A stretch of DNA of 64,000 bases, taken from NCBI GenBank assembly GCA_050575255.1, contig JBNZDD010013631.1, forward strand, positions 935,989 to 999,988. The letters run 5' to 3'. Shown here piece by piece: positions 24,821 to 37,810 of the stretch (position 1 is the first letter of the stretch; each line of letters opens with the position of its first letter). The notes beneath the pieces were generated by a model. The model was not told the origin of the DNA. It worked only from the letters and a program-made list of their open reading frames with translations, and did no database searches. The DNA comes from Harriotta raleighana. Taxonomy: Eukaryota. The translations under genes were made by a program, and so were the position numbers.

Positions 24821-25671
24821 CTATAGTTCTCTGCAGTAGATGAGCTAGTTCTGTGAGCTCTCCGGCTTCCTCCTGCAATGCAAATTCCTATGACTCTCTG
24901 GGCAATCCTCACCAAATGTGACATTCATTTTTAAATTAATGCTTATGGATTTTGAATTCCCAAATCTCCCACTTCAGATCTTGATGTGAAACCTAAACCA
25001 ATGCATAATGCTGGACGAAAGTAGACAAGCACCAATGAATCCCTAGATATGACAACTCTAGCCACTATATTCTTTCTAATCTTTGCATCCTCCCATAGCC
25101 AGCTGGCTAGTGATTTTATTCAGCACTATTTTCCCTGTAAGTTCTTTGCTGCATTCATCTTTTTTAAATTTCAAGAGCAGTGTTAACCATTTCTTCCCAG
25201 TTTGCCAGCTCGTAAAATTAAACCCCTCCTATAAAAGAGCAATTCTGTAAGACAACAGCAATATAACCAGATCTACTGTATTTAATAGATCTGACGAATC
25301 CAAAATGAAACAATAACTGAGAAGTGTATTATCAGTTCCATACTGGTTTGACTCCAGGGGTAAAACGAGTCCTGGATTAACATTGTTGCTCTGATCCTAT
25401 GCTGCTTCTCTCCAGGTTAAGTGAAGCTGGACCAATGAAGAGATGCCCCTGTGCTTGCGATCCATTCCGTGATGCTGGCTGATCAATGTAATGTAATCAC
25501 TACATCACTGAAACTCTTATCTGAGTCCTGTCCAATTTGAACTCTATCATTACTTTGAGATCGAGGTAGATCATGTAATACCAGAACTTGAATCACAAGT
25601 GGTTTGTCTGCTTGACAAGGGCAAGTATTTCGTTGTTTCGCACTGTATGCCTTCGGAAGGGGCCCATAAAA

Positions 25672-25775
25672 CCAGTTCTGACCAAGGGTTGTGGACCCAA
25701 AATGTTGACTCACTTTCCTTTCTCCATGGATGCTACCTGACCTGCTGAGTTTCCCCAGCAACTTCTGTTTTTGTT
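25672..25775 (+). mobile_element. Penelope-like element terminal-repeat fragment with decayed minimal hammerhead motif
   Basis: agttCTGACCAagggttgtggacccAAAATGTTgact...gatgctacctgacctgctgagtttccccagcaacttctgtttttgtt; reverse-complement match to 63688-63793. Confidence 0.7.
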
Positions 25776-27911
25776 CCATAAAACCAGTGTTGAGTGAAAT
25801 TGATACTCTCATTTGTTCAATTAGAGCAAAAACGAGTGGAGTGTTAAACTAACCCAGAGCTCTAAAACACTTCCCCGGAGCTGTGTTTGGAATCAAAAGC
25901 CCCGTTTATAACTTCAAGCTTGTAGCGAACATTCTCAGTTTGGACAAGAATGATCTGAACTGAATTTGATCCACTGGGGACTACATGAAGGGGTGCCCTG
26001 ATTTACTTAAATTGCCAAGAAGTGTTAGATTACCTGCACAACTGAATTTGAATTTCATCTCAAATCAGCAGCAGATTAGTGCAGTATTAGAGTTGATGCG
26101 AATCTCTTGCCTTTACAGTCTCAGGCAACACAGTGGACACCAATATTTCAATGGTTTTACAGAAGCTCATATTTGATATGAGGACAAAGGTCACAAGGGT
26201 TTATATTCAACAAGTTACTTTTTCCTAATTAGCTATAAATTTGCAAACAGTTTGCGAATAGAAAATAGACACTCGGCGATTGGTCAGAAATGTATTAAAA
26301 TCTCTGACGTCTCTTCCGTTTCTTGCGATGTGAACAAATGCTGATTAAAACTGAACAAATCCAATCCTTGACTCCACTCGTTGCACAGAAATGTCCGGGT
26401 GTGTCTGTAATTGAAAAAATAGTTTAGTGCCAAGCAGTTAATGTAATTGATTGCAAACCACATGCATAATTAATTTCGAAGCCAAAACTGAGACCTGCCT
26501 GAATACTCATTACGGTTGAGAATGGTTAGCAGTTTGTTGGAAATAAAAGGCAGACGGTTACTAGAGTTGTAAACTGGACAAACGTAGCTCCAACTGGAAT
26601 ATTCTGGGAGTCATGCGGACAATTTGTTGAACTTGCTCCAAGTTGTTACAACCCAACACCTAGAATCAAATATGTTTTTTCAATTCAGACTTAATGGACT
26701 TAAAGCACTTCTTTCCAATGCTCCTGATACAACCCCCATTTCCTTACAGGCAAACAGGCAACGGTGAAGGAATCAGTACAAGCAAGTAACCAATAATGTT
26801 AAATTAAGAATGTCATTCTTAACTCCAATCACTGGCCCATTCCAACATCTTAGAGCCAAAAGTAGTTTTCACTGACTGACAGAATTCGAATAGTGTTTCC
26901 TCGGCCAACCAACTCTAACTATGGTTTGTTTGTGCTACATTTATTAAAACACAAATGTTGGCAATATTTGCATTATTGTTTCATTGGTCTAGAGATGGTG
27001 AATATCAATAAGCTATTTGATTGTTGATAGCCATTAGAGCCATGCCCAAGTCCTTTCCTCACCCTTTCCAATTGGTGTCACTGGATTTAGTATTCAGGGA
27101 CATGAAGTCAGAAGCACTAATTATTATTAAGTAATATTCTCACTGGCACCCTTGGCTGGAAGTGGCTTAGAGAGGTGGCTGGATGAAAATTCACATCAGT
27201 CCAGCTAAGAGTCTGTTCCAAATCAGCAAATCAATGCCTTGTTTCTAGTAGCTACCAAGCGATGAAACCCACGGTGCGATCGGAAATCAAACAATATTCA
27301 ATCAAGAACATTTATTTTATTTGGTTGGTCGACCAAAATCTGAATCACCTCTGGAGTATAGGGTATTTAGGGAGAGTTTCCTAAATAAACCATCAATGAC
27401 TGGAATTAGACCTGGACATTTGATTTCAATGAATCAAAAAACCCTCAATAAAATTTGCACATCTGGGAGTTCCAGGATTAGTTGGAGCAATCCCTAACTA
27501 CGTGCACCCATATTAGTATATCTCTGGTGTTATTCCTCTCTGTCTAACAAAGAAAAACACTCACAAAAAGTACATTATTCGCATTCATCCTGCTGAATCA
27601 CATACAAATGCATAGGGACACCGGCAATACATACACAGTGTCCATTTTAAAAATATTTTAAAACTCAGGAAAAATAAAGCTTTGGACGTGTGGACAATTC
27701 TTATGGTATTAATTCCATTGCTCATTCGCAGTGCTTCTGACAAGAATGAGGCTCTTATGCCTTGGTTTATGCATCGCTGAACATTCATGCCCATCAGACA
27801 TGAACTCCCTTTTGGTGCTTTTAATATAACAGTGTATTATGTACAGTGATGTGCCATATGATGTCAGTGGAGATTGTTGTGACTTGAGACAAGTATTTGC
27901 TGTTGTCATGT

Positions 27912-27992
27912 CTGATTTTTTGCCAAGACAAACTTTCAGTTTTAAAAAAAANCTGATTTTTTGCCAAGACAAACTTTCAGTTTTTAAAAAAA
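27912..27992. repeat. 40-bp duplication across a single N (artefact)
   Basis: ctgattttttgccaagacaaactttcagttttaaaa on both sides of n at 27952. Confidence 0.9.
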
Positions 27993-29754
27993 ATAAAATG
28001 ATTAAATTCACCAATTGGCATGAAATGCCAACTTCTTTCTTTGTGTTGAGTTATGAAATTTCCAGTCAGTTGAAATTGAGTTTGCCCAGAGAGCTGCATA
28101 AGAGAACAAGTTGTCAGTCTTCTCATGGACAATGGTGTGTTTGCATTGCTAGACACTTACACCAATTGTATGGAAGCCAGTTTAGGCGGAGCTTTTATGA
28201 GCAATGCCATCTTGAAAAATCAGCAGAAATATAGTACAGTGCATTGCGGTGTATGATTCTGCAGCAATTGCAGATGATATTCATGACTAGATGAGAACTC
28301 CTACCTGCTTTTTAAAAAATAAATAATATTCAAACAATCCACTCAGTTTAACATTTCTCATCATTTTCAATCAGCTACCTTTGTACTCAAGGAAGTTTTT
28401 CTCCTGGTTTTCCGCTGGAAAAAAAACCCTCGAGATAAGGTTGATCTTTCACCATGGATCTTACCGTGAGCAACATATGTTCCTCCTATGATTACCGTTA
28501 AAAACCACAGTCTGGATGGACAGTTGTTTCCGTCCTTAAGTATTCTGTGTAATTCTGACTTTTGTTGTGTTGTAAATTGGTCACAGTGACTGTTGGTCAT
28601 GCTGGATGGTGGGAGAGGAGAGTTAGAGCGGTATGTCAAGGCTTTGTGTGTCAAGCCAAAGTATGGGAACTTTATGCACATGCTTTTTCTTTCCGTCACA
28701 CATGATGAAAAACCTTGTGCTAATCCTACACGTTCGGGAGCCCCTCTGCTCCTATCCTGACCACATTGGATTTTGTCAATATGCACTTAAAGTGATAAAT
28801 ACCTCTCTTCTAATCTCATGCAAAAAAAAACACACACACACATCACCTGCAGTTTTCCATCAGTGCACAATAACCTCTAACTGTTTCTTCGCTTTAAAAT
28901 TAAATCATTCTTGGATGTGTGAGCTTTCCTCTCTCGGACGTAAAACTAGTAATGATCAAATTGATTGCACAGTTAGCTGGTAAGTATACAACACTGGAGA
29001 CAACAAGTAAAAATTTATTTGTGGACGCATTAAGTATCTTCAACCTCTAGTAAAAAAAACACACACCTGAGAGAAAAAAGGCGATATTCCATCGGTCAAT
29101 AGAATTCTAACTGGGCTTAAAATGGGGACATTTCCTTTCCTATGATCTATGTCAAAAGTTGATAACTTCATCGAACACTGGCATTCGTCCTTCTTTGGAA
29201 ACTTGTAATATATCTTGCAGCTTTAGAAAGTGACAATACTTTATGGTACATAGTGCGAACTGCTTTGAGATTTCTCAATGACGTAACCATGATTATAACA
29301 ATAACCCTTGAATTTGCTTGAATATACCGTTTTATCCCAAAACAATCATGGAGGCCTAGAAAAACCCAGGCCTCTTCTACTCTGTCAACAACTGGCTCCT
29401 CCTCCCCTCTCATTCCTCGCCGATCCTTTATATACATACTACGGATTAGCACGCATTTCTTTGTTATTTCATGATCAATATAAAGTGAATGTTACCCTGA
29501 CACTAAGCATCCATTACTTTGTTAGGTCAGTTCCGTGAGTTAAGTAGGTTGAGGTACTGCAGACATGACAGCTCCTGTAACATGTGTATTTAGAAATATT
29601 CTATATTAATAGCACAGTCGGTGTCAATAGCTCTTTTATTTATTGTCAATGGTTGTATTTATATTCTGCGAAGCAATTTGAGACGTCCTGAAGATATTAT
29701 AAGGTGCTATATCACATTCAAAGGCTCTTATTATTACTATTCACTTAATTGTCT

Positions 29755-30422
29755 TATCCGGTCCGTTATCAGCATTGCCTTCTACCACCTCCAACGGATC
29801 GCCTGTCTCCGGCAATACCTCACTCCAAAAGCCACTGAAACCTTGGTCTATGCCTTTGTCACCTCTCGGCTGGACTATTGCAATGCTCTCCTCTCCGGTC
29901 TCCCCTCCGCCACAATCCATAAAATCCAGCTAATCCAAAACTCTGCCGCTCGCATACTCACCCGTTCCAAGCTTCGCTCCCCCATTACCCCAGTCCTTGC
30001 CAGACTTCACTGGCTCCCTATCCCAGAGAGGATCGACTTCAAGATCCTTACCCTTGTTTCCAAATCCCTCCACTCCTCTGCACTCCCCTATCTCTCTGAT
30101 CTCCTCTCCCCCAAACCAGCACCCGCTGCCTTCGCTCCTCTGGGTCTGGCCTCCATCACGTCTCCAGAATCCTCCGCCCCACCCTCGGCGGCCATGCCTT
30201 CAGCCACTATGCCCCGAGGGTCTGGAACTCCCTTCCTCACTCCCTTCGCCTCGCCCCCTCTCTTCCCAGCTTCAGGTCCCAGCTGAAGACCTTTCTCTTC
30301 GACCGTGCTTTTGGTCATCTCTTTGCCCCTGCCGTTGGCTCAGGTCCGGGATCCGCTATTGTGAAGCGCTCTGAGACGCCATCCAGCGTGGAGGGCGCTA
30401 TATAAATTGAAGTTGTTGTTGT
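29755..30422 (+). mobile_element. L2 LINE ORF C-terminus and 3' end, second tail type
   Basis: AFYHLQRIACLRQYLTPKATETLVYAFVTSRLDYCNALLSGLP...IQNSAARIL...ITPVLARLHWLPIPERIDFKIL; tail agcgctctgagacgccatccagcgtggagggcgctatataaattgaagttgttgtt. Confidence 0.97.
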
Positions 30423-32067
30423 CTTATTGAAGAGGAGGCGGATGAATGTACAATGCTATCATGTTTCAACTCAAAATCCTGATTACAGCATGTTCAGTGC
30501 CAATAGCTCCTTCATTTGTTGTGAATAGTGATGCAATTGAGACTAAATGATTGTACAGTATTTATATAACTGGTCCTGGTGTTTTCCTTAGCAGTTGAGA
30601 ATTCGTTAGTGGCTGGTTTCTCTGCAGTGCCATTATTTCGCAAACTCTTTATCGCAGCAGCTGTTATCACTGAATTGCTTTACAATAGTCAAAGGTGACC
30701 ACAAATTGATGTAAGATTAGTCTGATGTTGGGAGCGGATAATGTGAATGGTTATAGCAACATTGCATGCCCACCAATAAAAAAAAACTGCTGACAACTCA
30801 TAACTACTAGCAGCAGCTAGAAGAAGAGAATAGTCAAAGCTTTCACATGTGACTCTAATGCTGGGTTTATTCTTCGTAACCCATTGAATAAGGAGTGTAA
30901 CCCTATCATTCAGCTTTGACAAATTGGGGTCGGGTGGGGGGAAAAGAGAGGGGGGAATTTTCTTGGGAAAACTGTGAGGACATCACGTTAGTAATAATCC
31001 TTTCATTTGTCATCATGCTTCGAAGGACTTACGATTAACTGGAGTGAGTGACTGTATTTTTCTAGGTGAACACACCAGCGAATTTGTACACAGTCATCTT
31101 CTGCATTCAGCAATATGTTTCCATTGCTGGTACGGTGAGACTTTAATTCTCTTGTGAGCTTTGCTGAGCTCGCGGACAGAAGAGCTCAAAAGTAAGACAC
31201 ACTCGAGAATGTTTTTAAGTAGAATCTGATTTATCTGACTGAGATGCAGAATGAGAATGAGGAGGGACTAATCAAATGGAATGAAATGTTTGCACACATG
31301 GGTTGCTTTGGTCATCTGCAATTTATATTAAAAAAATTCTTATGAATCACCGAGGGTCATCGAGTTTGAGCCTAACATACAGTATTTCTTTGTTGTCAGA
31401 CAATTGGCAAATTGGAGCTATGCACATCTAATGGGAGAGTGTTTCAAATTTAAAATTAATGAAAAGCAAATTTCTTTGTGGCTCATAGAATTTAAACATT
31501 GCTGACACAAATATTATCAGTCGTGACCTTGACAAAGTTAAGCTGGGTCATGGATAGCGAATCTGAAGAGAAACATTCGCTATCCTATTAACTGCATCAC
31601 AAGTAATTCAAACGATCAGATTTATCATTTGCTTCATGGCTGCTATGGTCGACATTGCTTTGCTCAAATTGAATGTTGGCACAGTTACTCCACTTTGCAG
31701 AGTATCCTGTGAAGCTCTTCGAGATGCTCTCCCAACATGGACGCAAGCATGATTATTCCAATGCACGGTAGAGAGAGCAAACAAAACCACAAATTCAAGC
31801 TTGGAATTTTATCTAATTGCAGAGCACCATCAAGCATTATTTGTGAAAAACGCCGGAAAGGATTAGATAAACAGAGAATATAGCGGTTTACAGTATTTAG
31901 AGCAAACACGAAGGGCAATGAAGGCCCATTAAAATGTCAAGGCTTAAAAGGTATTAGTGATGGTGAAGTAAAGCTTCTGGTTTTTAGGGAAACATTGTTT
32001 CCGACATTTACTATCTGTGGTGCATTTACTGCCAATTCATTTTCATGAACTCGTATATAGGATGATT

Positions 32068-32570
32068 ATAATAATAAAAAAAATCCTTCAATTTGATGTT
32101 GTACCTTATCACATAGTTGGTTGAGATATCTCAAAACGCTTCACAGGATATACTGTAAATTGGATAGCCTGTGTATTTTGTGGGTGAAACGCTGCAACCA
32201 ATTTTTCCGCAAAAATAACGGCCCAGACAAACAGCCATGAAATGAGTCGCCAATTTTATCTGGTGAATTGTTGGCCAAGACACCGGGAGAAACTCCCTCC
32301 TCTTTTCAAATTATAGAGAATGGGATCTGTAACATCAACCTGAACAACCAAAACAACCTTGGTTTCAACAGCTCATCTGGGGGGTGTTGTTCAATGATAA
32401 CTTTCACATCTATCTGAACAGGCAAATGGGACCTCTGTATCTCCAACATCACAACATTGCATTGGTCTACCTTTCTTAGATTATGTGATTCCAAATCTCA
32501 ATGTGAGATGTGAACCCCCAACCTTCTGACTCAGAGGCAACTGTGCTACCATTACACCAGGCTGACACAC
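32068..32570 (-). mobile_element. Old DeuSINE-type SINE, near full length
   Basis: ttggccaagacaccgggagaaactccc...atgggatctgtaacatcaacctga...tgaacccccaaccttctgactcagaggc...ccaggctgacac. Confidence 0.8.
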
Positions 32571-32783
32571 ATGATTGCAGATTTCACTTGGGGAATGCTT
32601 TCAACTTACCCACAGACATTCTCATTATCAATATCATATGTGTTTTAAGTGGAGCAAAGGTAACTCATGTGAGCTCAGTTTTCACATTGTGCATTTGTTT
32701 TGTGAATTAAGCACAACCGTAGTTTTGTGGCAGTCATTGACGCTAAGTGGTTTGTGCTAATAGCAGAATACACCCCATATCCA

Positions 32784-32787
<4 letters not shown>

Positions 32788-32822
<35 letters not shown>
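32788..32822 (+). repeat. (CA)n microsatellite
   Basis: About 17 perfect CA units. Confidence 0.98.
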
Positions 32823-32823
<1 letters not shown>

Positions 32824-32829
32824 CGCAAG

Positions 32830-33000
32830 ATTAGAAGATCAGTTCGGATGAAGACGGTTCTTCAGACCACTCTACCATTCCCCCCATCGGAACATCAAGT
32901 TGCTTTGAATTGAGTCCAGTGTCTTGGTCTCCAACACCTTTCGAATGGTAGATTAAATGTTGTACCATCGTTCTACCGAAGTCCCCAAGATGAGTATCCC
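32830..33000 (-). mobile_element. Very old CR1-like 3' remnant
   Basis: aacatcaagttgctttgaattgagtccagtgtcttggtctccaacaccttt is similar to 46510-46560. Confidence 0.45.
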
Positions 33001-33984
33001 ACTGGCTTAACTTCAGTCTTATTTGGGAAACAGTACACAGTTATTCCCACTTTCCAGTACAGTGTTAAGAACAAAAGTGGATTTATGGCAGTTATTGATC
33101 GAAAGCTTTGAGCTGTCCTCCAGACATTTCTAGGTCATTTGCAAGGATTACAGTATTATGATTATTATTAGCAAGGAAAGAAGACTGAAGCATCTGTCTA
33201 TAAAAGTCTGCTGCTATTTTTGTTGTATATCTTTAAAAAAATGAAAATTGGCAAGAATTCATCTCCTGCCACTCCTCCTCCCACCCTCCCCTATCATCCA
33301 CTGTTTTATGACAAAAAAATTACCTTAGAATTATGAGTTATAGTTTATCATTGGTTTTGATGAATTATTTTATTTTGATAGTATTTGTTCACACTTTCTT
33401 TCAAAGAATCCTTTGGATGGAGAAGATGCTTTTTTTCAAATACAAAAAACTTTCCAAATCTTCTTTAATCACTTAGCATCCTCATTCCATTCTCCACTGT
33501 GGGTGAAAAAAAATCTTGCTGCATAATGCATCACAGTGATACCTCCCCTTTAATATTGCTGTTAACATAATCATAGAGTATAATTCTTGGAGATAATTGG
33601 AGACAGAGCTCATGCTTATGTTGTAGGAAAGGGAAGGCGCTGATGTGGCTTTAGTGAGCTGGAAACAATTGAAATGAATAAAAATTTATACTCATTGCAT
33701 GTGTAAAATTAACACGAATTAACTGTTCTATCAAAGCAAACTCGAATGTTGCTATGATCGCAATACACAGGAATCTCTACCTTAATTAAGCAATCTGTGA
33801 TAGGTGAAAGTGTCAAGTTATATGGGCTGTAAAATACTCTTTACCCTTGAGATGTTAAGTGGACCTTTACAGTATGAATATTTCAATGAGAGTTCTTTGG
33901 AACTCATATTCAGTGAGAGTTCAGTGATCAGTATGAGTGCAATGGCCTTCTTTACTTGCTTGCTTTTCGTTTACTAACCCCCTC

Positions 33985-34165
33985 TTTTTCCCTCTTCCTC
34001 CTCTCCTTGAGGTGTGGCTACGTTAATAATGTAGTCAACCTCCTTTCCAATCCCCGTTCCCTGTATTTCACCCACAAGGCAATATGTCATCTGCGAATAT
34101 CAAGAGAGTTTTGAAATACAAAGCCTGATCTATTCTCACCCAACATCCAAAACTGCACACTCTGG
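33985..34165 (-). mobile_element. Ancient SINE-like repeat, 3' part
   Basis: ctcctctccttgagg...aagcctgatctattctcacccaacatcca resembles 62471-62495. Confidence 0.4.
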
Positions 34166-34377
34166 CTCCATGAGGTAGAACCTGTGTATGTGGATCTGGT
34201 CGGTGCTGAGGTATGAGAGGCTAGCTGAAGCCAGGAGAAGACCCTTCATCTTATCAACATGGAACTGCAGAAAACTAGAACTTGTACGAGCGACCAATCT
34301 TCGGACTCCAAGTCGATCGCGTTATCAACTCAGCCAGGCTAACGTCACTTTCTGACACTTGTTCCTGGTTGAGGGTC

Positions 34378-34572
34378 AGCAGTCCCATGAACAGTCGTGG
34401 ATTAAATGACCGAATGATTAAAATTTCCTTACTTTTAATCTTAATTAACAACTGGGTTCCTACTTTCTGCTCAGAGCACAGTGGCCTGTGGAGTAAGGAA
34501 TCTAGACTAATGTTTCACCCTAGCCAGTAATTGAACCCTGGTCCGCTTTTTGCTCTAACCACTGAGCTACAG
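34378..34572 (-). mobile_element. tRNA-derived SINE, long form, diverged
   Basis: acagtcgtggattaaatgacc...ctgggttcctactttctgct...gtggagtaaggaa...tgctctaaccactgagctacag. Confidence 0.8.
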
Positions 34573-34639
34573 ATCTCTATGTGTCTGTGGAAAATATGGA
34601 AATCAGCATGGGTATTGCAGTATCCCACATACAGACATG

Positions 34640-34830
34640 AATTGAATGATCAATTATTTGGAGAATTTGGTCGCCAGGATGCTCGGAGAAACTCACTTCA
34701 CTTTTGAACTAGTCTCAGGGGATTTTTAAAATCCACCTGCACAGTCGGAAGGAACGTTAGTTTTAGTGTCTCATCTCTTGTCGCTTGTGATAATGCGGTT
34801 GCCACAACTGCACACATGAGCCAAGCTTAC
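34640..34830 (-). mobile_element. Old DeuSINE-type fragment
   Basis: ccaggatgctcggagaaactc...ggggatttttaaaatccacctg...gtctcatct. Confidence 0.55.
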
Positions 34831-34964
34831 AGGCAAGTTGTCTTGCTACCTTTTGAGAAGCATCACAGGTTGTCTTGTGTCAATGTGGCAACATTAAGCA
34901 AGCAGATAGCATACCAGGAGATGAAAACATGAGCATTAAACTTCAGCAATTATAAAAACAATCA

Positions 34965-35395
34965 AACAACACCAAACAAAATTTCATTTGTAGAGTACCC
35001 TTTGAGTCAGGAGGACATCCCATACTGTTGAACATTCAGGGGTCAGGACGGGGGTTGGGAGGCAGTATTGGAATGAGCGAGGCCAGAGCGGTAGGAAGGC
35101 GGCTGAAAACACAGTGGAAAAGGAGGGTCTCGAGTCAAGACTTGAAGGATGCAAGCAAGGGAGCAAGGTGAAGTGATTGTGGAATGAAGTTCCAAAGAGT
35201 GGGGAAAGAGAAGCTGAAAGCCCGGCCACTGTTTGTAGGGTGGGTTGGTCAGGAGACATGGAGCAGGCCGGAGCCTGCTAGACGGAGGGAGAGGACAAGT
35301 TGATAAGGGGTCAGCAGGTCAATGAGGTAGGAGGAGGCAAGGCCACAGAGGGCCTTGAAAGTAAGAAAAGGGATGTCGGAGATGGTGACAAAGGG
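34965..35395 (-). mobile_element. L2 LINE 3' fragment
   Basis: FLTFKALCGLASSYLIDLLTPY on the minus strand; tail gtcaggaggacatccc. Confidence 0.9.
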
Positions 35396-35749
35396 ACAAA
35401 ATATCCACAGAATGGAGGAGCAAAGTCTCATTTGTTTGAATTGCTTCAATTCCTGATGTTCAAGCTTGCAGAGAAGGTACGCAAATGCCTGAGTGAATTA
35501 CATCAGTATCCTGTAGCCAAATGTCCACCAGTGACTCACTGAAAGGCAAGACTTCTGCAATACATAATTGTATTACTTTGTTTTCTTAAAATCTTGTGGT
35601 TAGAACAGGCGTGACTAATGCAGTTGTCTAGACCATAATGTTTTGGTAATAATTTAACTGATTTCATTTATAGCTTAATTACGTAAAGCTGCTACAAGCG
35701 ATATATTCTACTTTGCCTTATCATAATACTGTAATACTTATCATACCTA

Positions 35750-36165
35750 AAATAATAATCCTTGTACAGTATTTTGATATAGCATATTACCACTATGTCG
35801 CAAGTCGCAAAGTGCTTTACAGGATTTTAACTCTGTAGTAATGTGATAGTGTATTTTCTAGACAAACTCAACGACAATGAGGAGAATAAATTTTTCTGTG
35901 GGTGGGGAGTGTTGGCCGGTACACTGGGAAAATCTCTGTTCCCTTTTTGGAATTGCCGTGGGATCTTTAACATTGACTTAAACAGGAGGAAAGGGCATTG
36001 TCTTAGCACCTTACATGAAGGCCGGCACTCACCTCTGACAATACAAAGCTTCCCCAGCATTGCAATGAAGTATCAGCCGAGATGTGCTCTCAAAGCTACA
36101 ACATGGGGCTGAGAAAGCACAACCTTCTGACTCAGAGGCAAAAATACCACCAACTGAGCAAACTT
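35750..36165 (-). mobile_element. Old DeuSINE-type SINE, near full length
   Basis: ttggccggtacactggg...tgccgtgggatctttaacat...cacctctgacaatac...cacaaccttctgactcagaggc...ccaactgagc. Confidence 0.8.
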
Positions 36166-36237
36166 ACTTTCATTATCACATTGCGCCCAAAGGCTGCTGA
36201 GTTTGCCTAGAAAAAACCCAATCAATGTGTTTCACAG

Positions 36238-36466
36238 CAACAACAACAACTTTGATTTATATAGCGCCCTCCACGCTGGACGGCGTCTCAGAGCGCTTCA
36301 CAATAGCGGATCCCGGGACTGAACCAGGGGCAGGGATAGAAAGATGACCAAAGGCCCGGTCGAAGAGAAAGGACTTCAGGTGGGACCTGAAACCGGGAAG
36401 AGAGAGGGAGAGGCAAAGGGAGCGAGGATGGTAGTTCCAGAGCCTCGGGGGGTAGTGGCTGGAAGC
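36238..36466 (-). mobile_element. L2 3' end, second tail type
   Basis: Close reverse-complement match to 30200-30422. Confidence 0.93.
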
Positions 36467-36559
36467 AATTAGTGTAAGGCACTTTGAGGGGGTTTTAACA
36501 CAAGGCACTATATTAAAAAAAAGTCTTTTTTTTATGGTTTTTGCCTGGGTATGTTTCGA

Positions 36560-37010
36560 AAGAGAATGTGCTTAACTCTCACCCAAGCGATCATCACATC
36601 TAGGTGTTATACTAAGACAACTTCCTGCGTTTCGGCCTTTACAACTCTTCCCTCCACAAGCTGTGGATCATCCAGAACTTTGCAGCTCATGTCCCACCCT
36701 GCACCATCTTTATGACCCTATATTACCCCCACCTTCGCCCAGCTCCACTGGCTCCCCATCCCCCAAAGAATAGTGTTCAATATCCTTGTCCTCACCCTCA
36801 AGGGCCTCCACAGCCTTGCTCCTTTCTGCCTCCCCATATCAACTTCTCTGCTCTCTCTGTACAACAGGCCCCAGTCTGTTCTATGTTCCCACACCTTGCC
36901 TGACTGATCATTGGTGGTTGGGCTCTGGCATCACCCTTTGGAACTCCATCCCGCATTCACTATCGATTGAGACATCCTCACGATGTGAAAGTCAATGTAC
37001 AAATGTAATT
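36560..37010 (+). mobile_element. Old L2 3' fragment (duplicated at about 38375-38825)
   Basis: atccagaactttgcagct (IQN.AA), attacccccaccttcgcccagctccactggctccccatc (ITP..AQLHWLPI), tggaactccatccc and tail. Confidence 0.85.
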
Positions 37011-37810
37011 CTTTGAATTTCAGAGCTGGATCCAGTTAAAACTGTCTGAATTTATGCTTGTTCTGGGGAAGTGCCTTATGATATAGCACTCGTCTTTAAG
37101 AGAGTGGATCTTATGAAGCAAATATCCACAAAAGCTAACACTCACTCCATACTTTCCTCTACATATTCACTGTATTACGCTTAAAAATGACTTTAAAATA
37201 ACTATTTGTTTTCATAGGGCAGTAGCACTCCCACAGTTGAGAGCAGTGAAGATAAGATGTCGAAAGACTTTTAGAGAGCTGAGGATATGCTTTAGGCCTG
37301 TTGTTTCAGGACAAGAAACAAGCTGCGACATGTATGATCAGGGCTGGGTCATGGTTCGATGTTGAGTCAAGAGTATCACAGAACTGCAGTATTTAAGTTG
37401 CAGTTTGGCCCTGGGGGGCTGTTAAGAGGCTGTGAAACACACTGAGATTTTATTTATAAAATACTTTTGTACACTATGACAATGTCAGGTGATGATATTA
37501 AACATCTGCACAGTGTGGTGTGCCAATATTTATGCTGGCATTTCTAGGTTGTGTGCTTTAAATCCCCCCCGAAGGGCTTTTCATCATTAATTAAAAATAT
37601 TTCTGGTTACAACATTAGTCGGTGATTCCTAAAGGTTAAATATATGACATATTTGGTATAAATATTTGCTAACGCTGTATTAATATGAATAATTTCAGTT
37701 TTTCACAATATCTCTCCCTTTTCTGTAACCAGTATTTTATCCAAAGTTTGATATTTCAGCCCAAAAGTCTCTACATTCAGGACATACGTGTAGAATATAA
37801 GGCATACCAT

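Noticed and set aside
29621-30286. 221-aa ORF as a host gene
   Set aside because: It is an L2 ORF fragment fused by chance to upstream sequence and frameshifted near its end.
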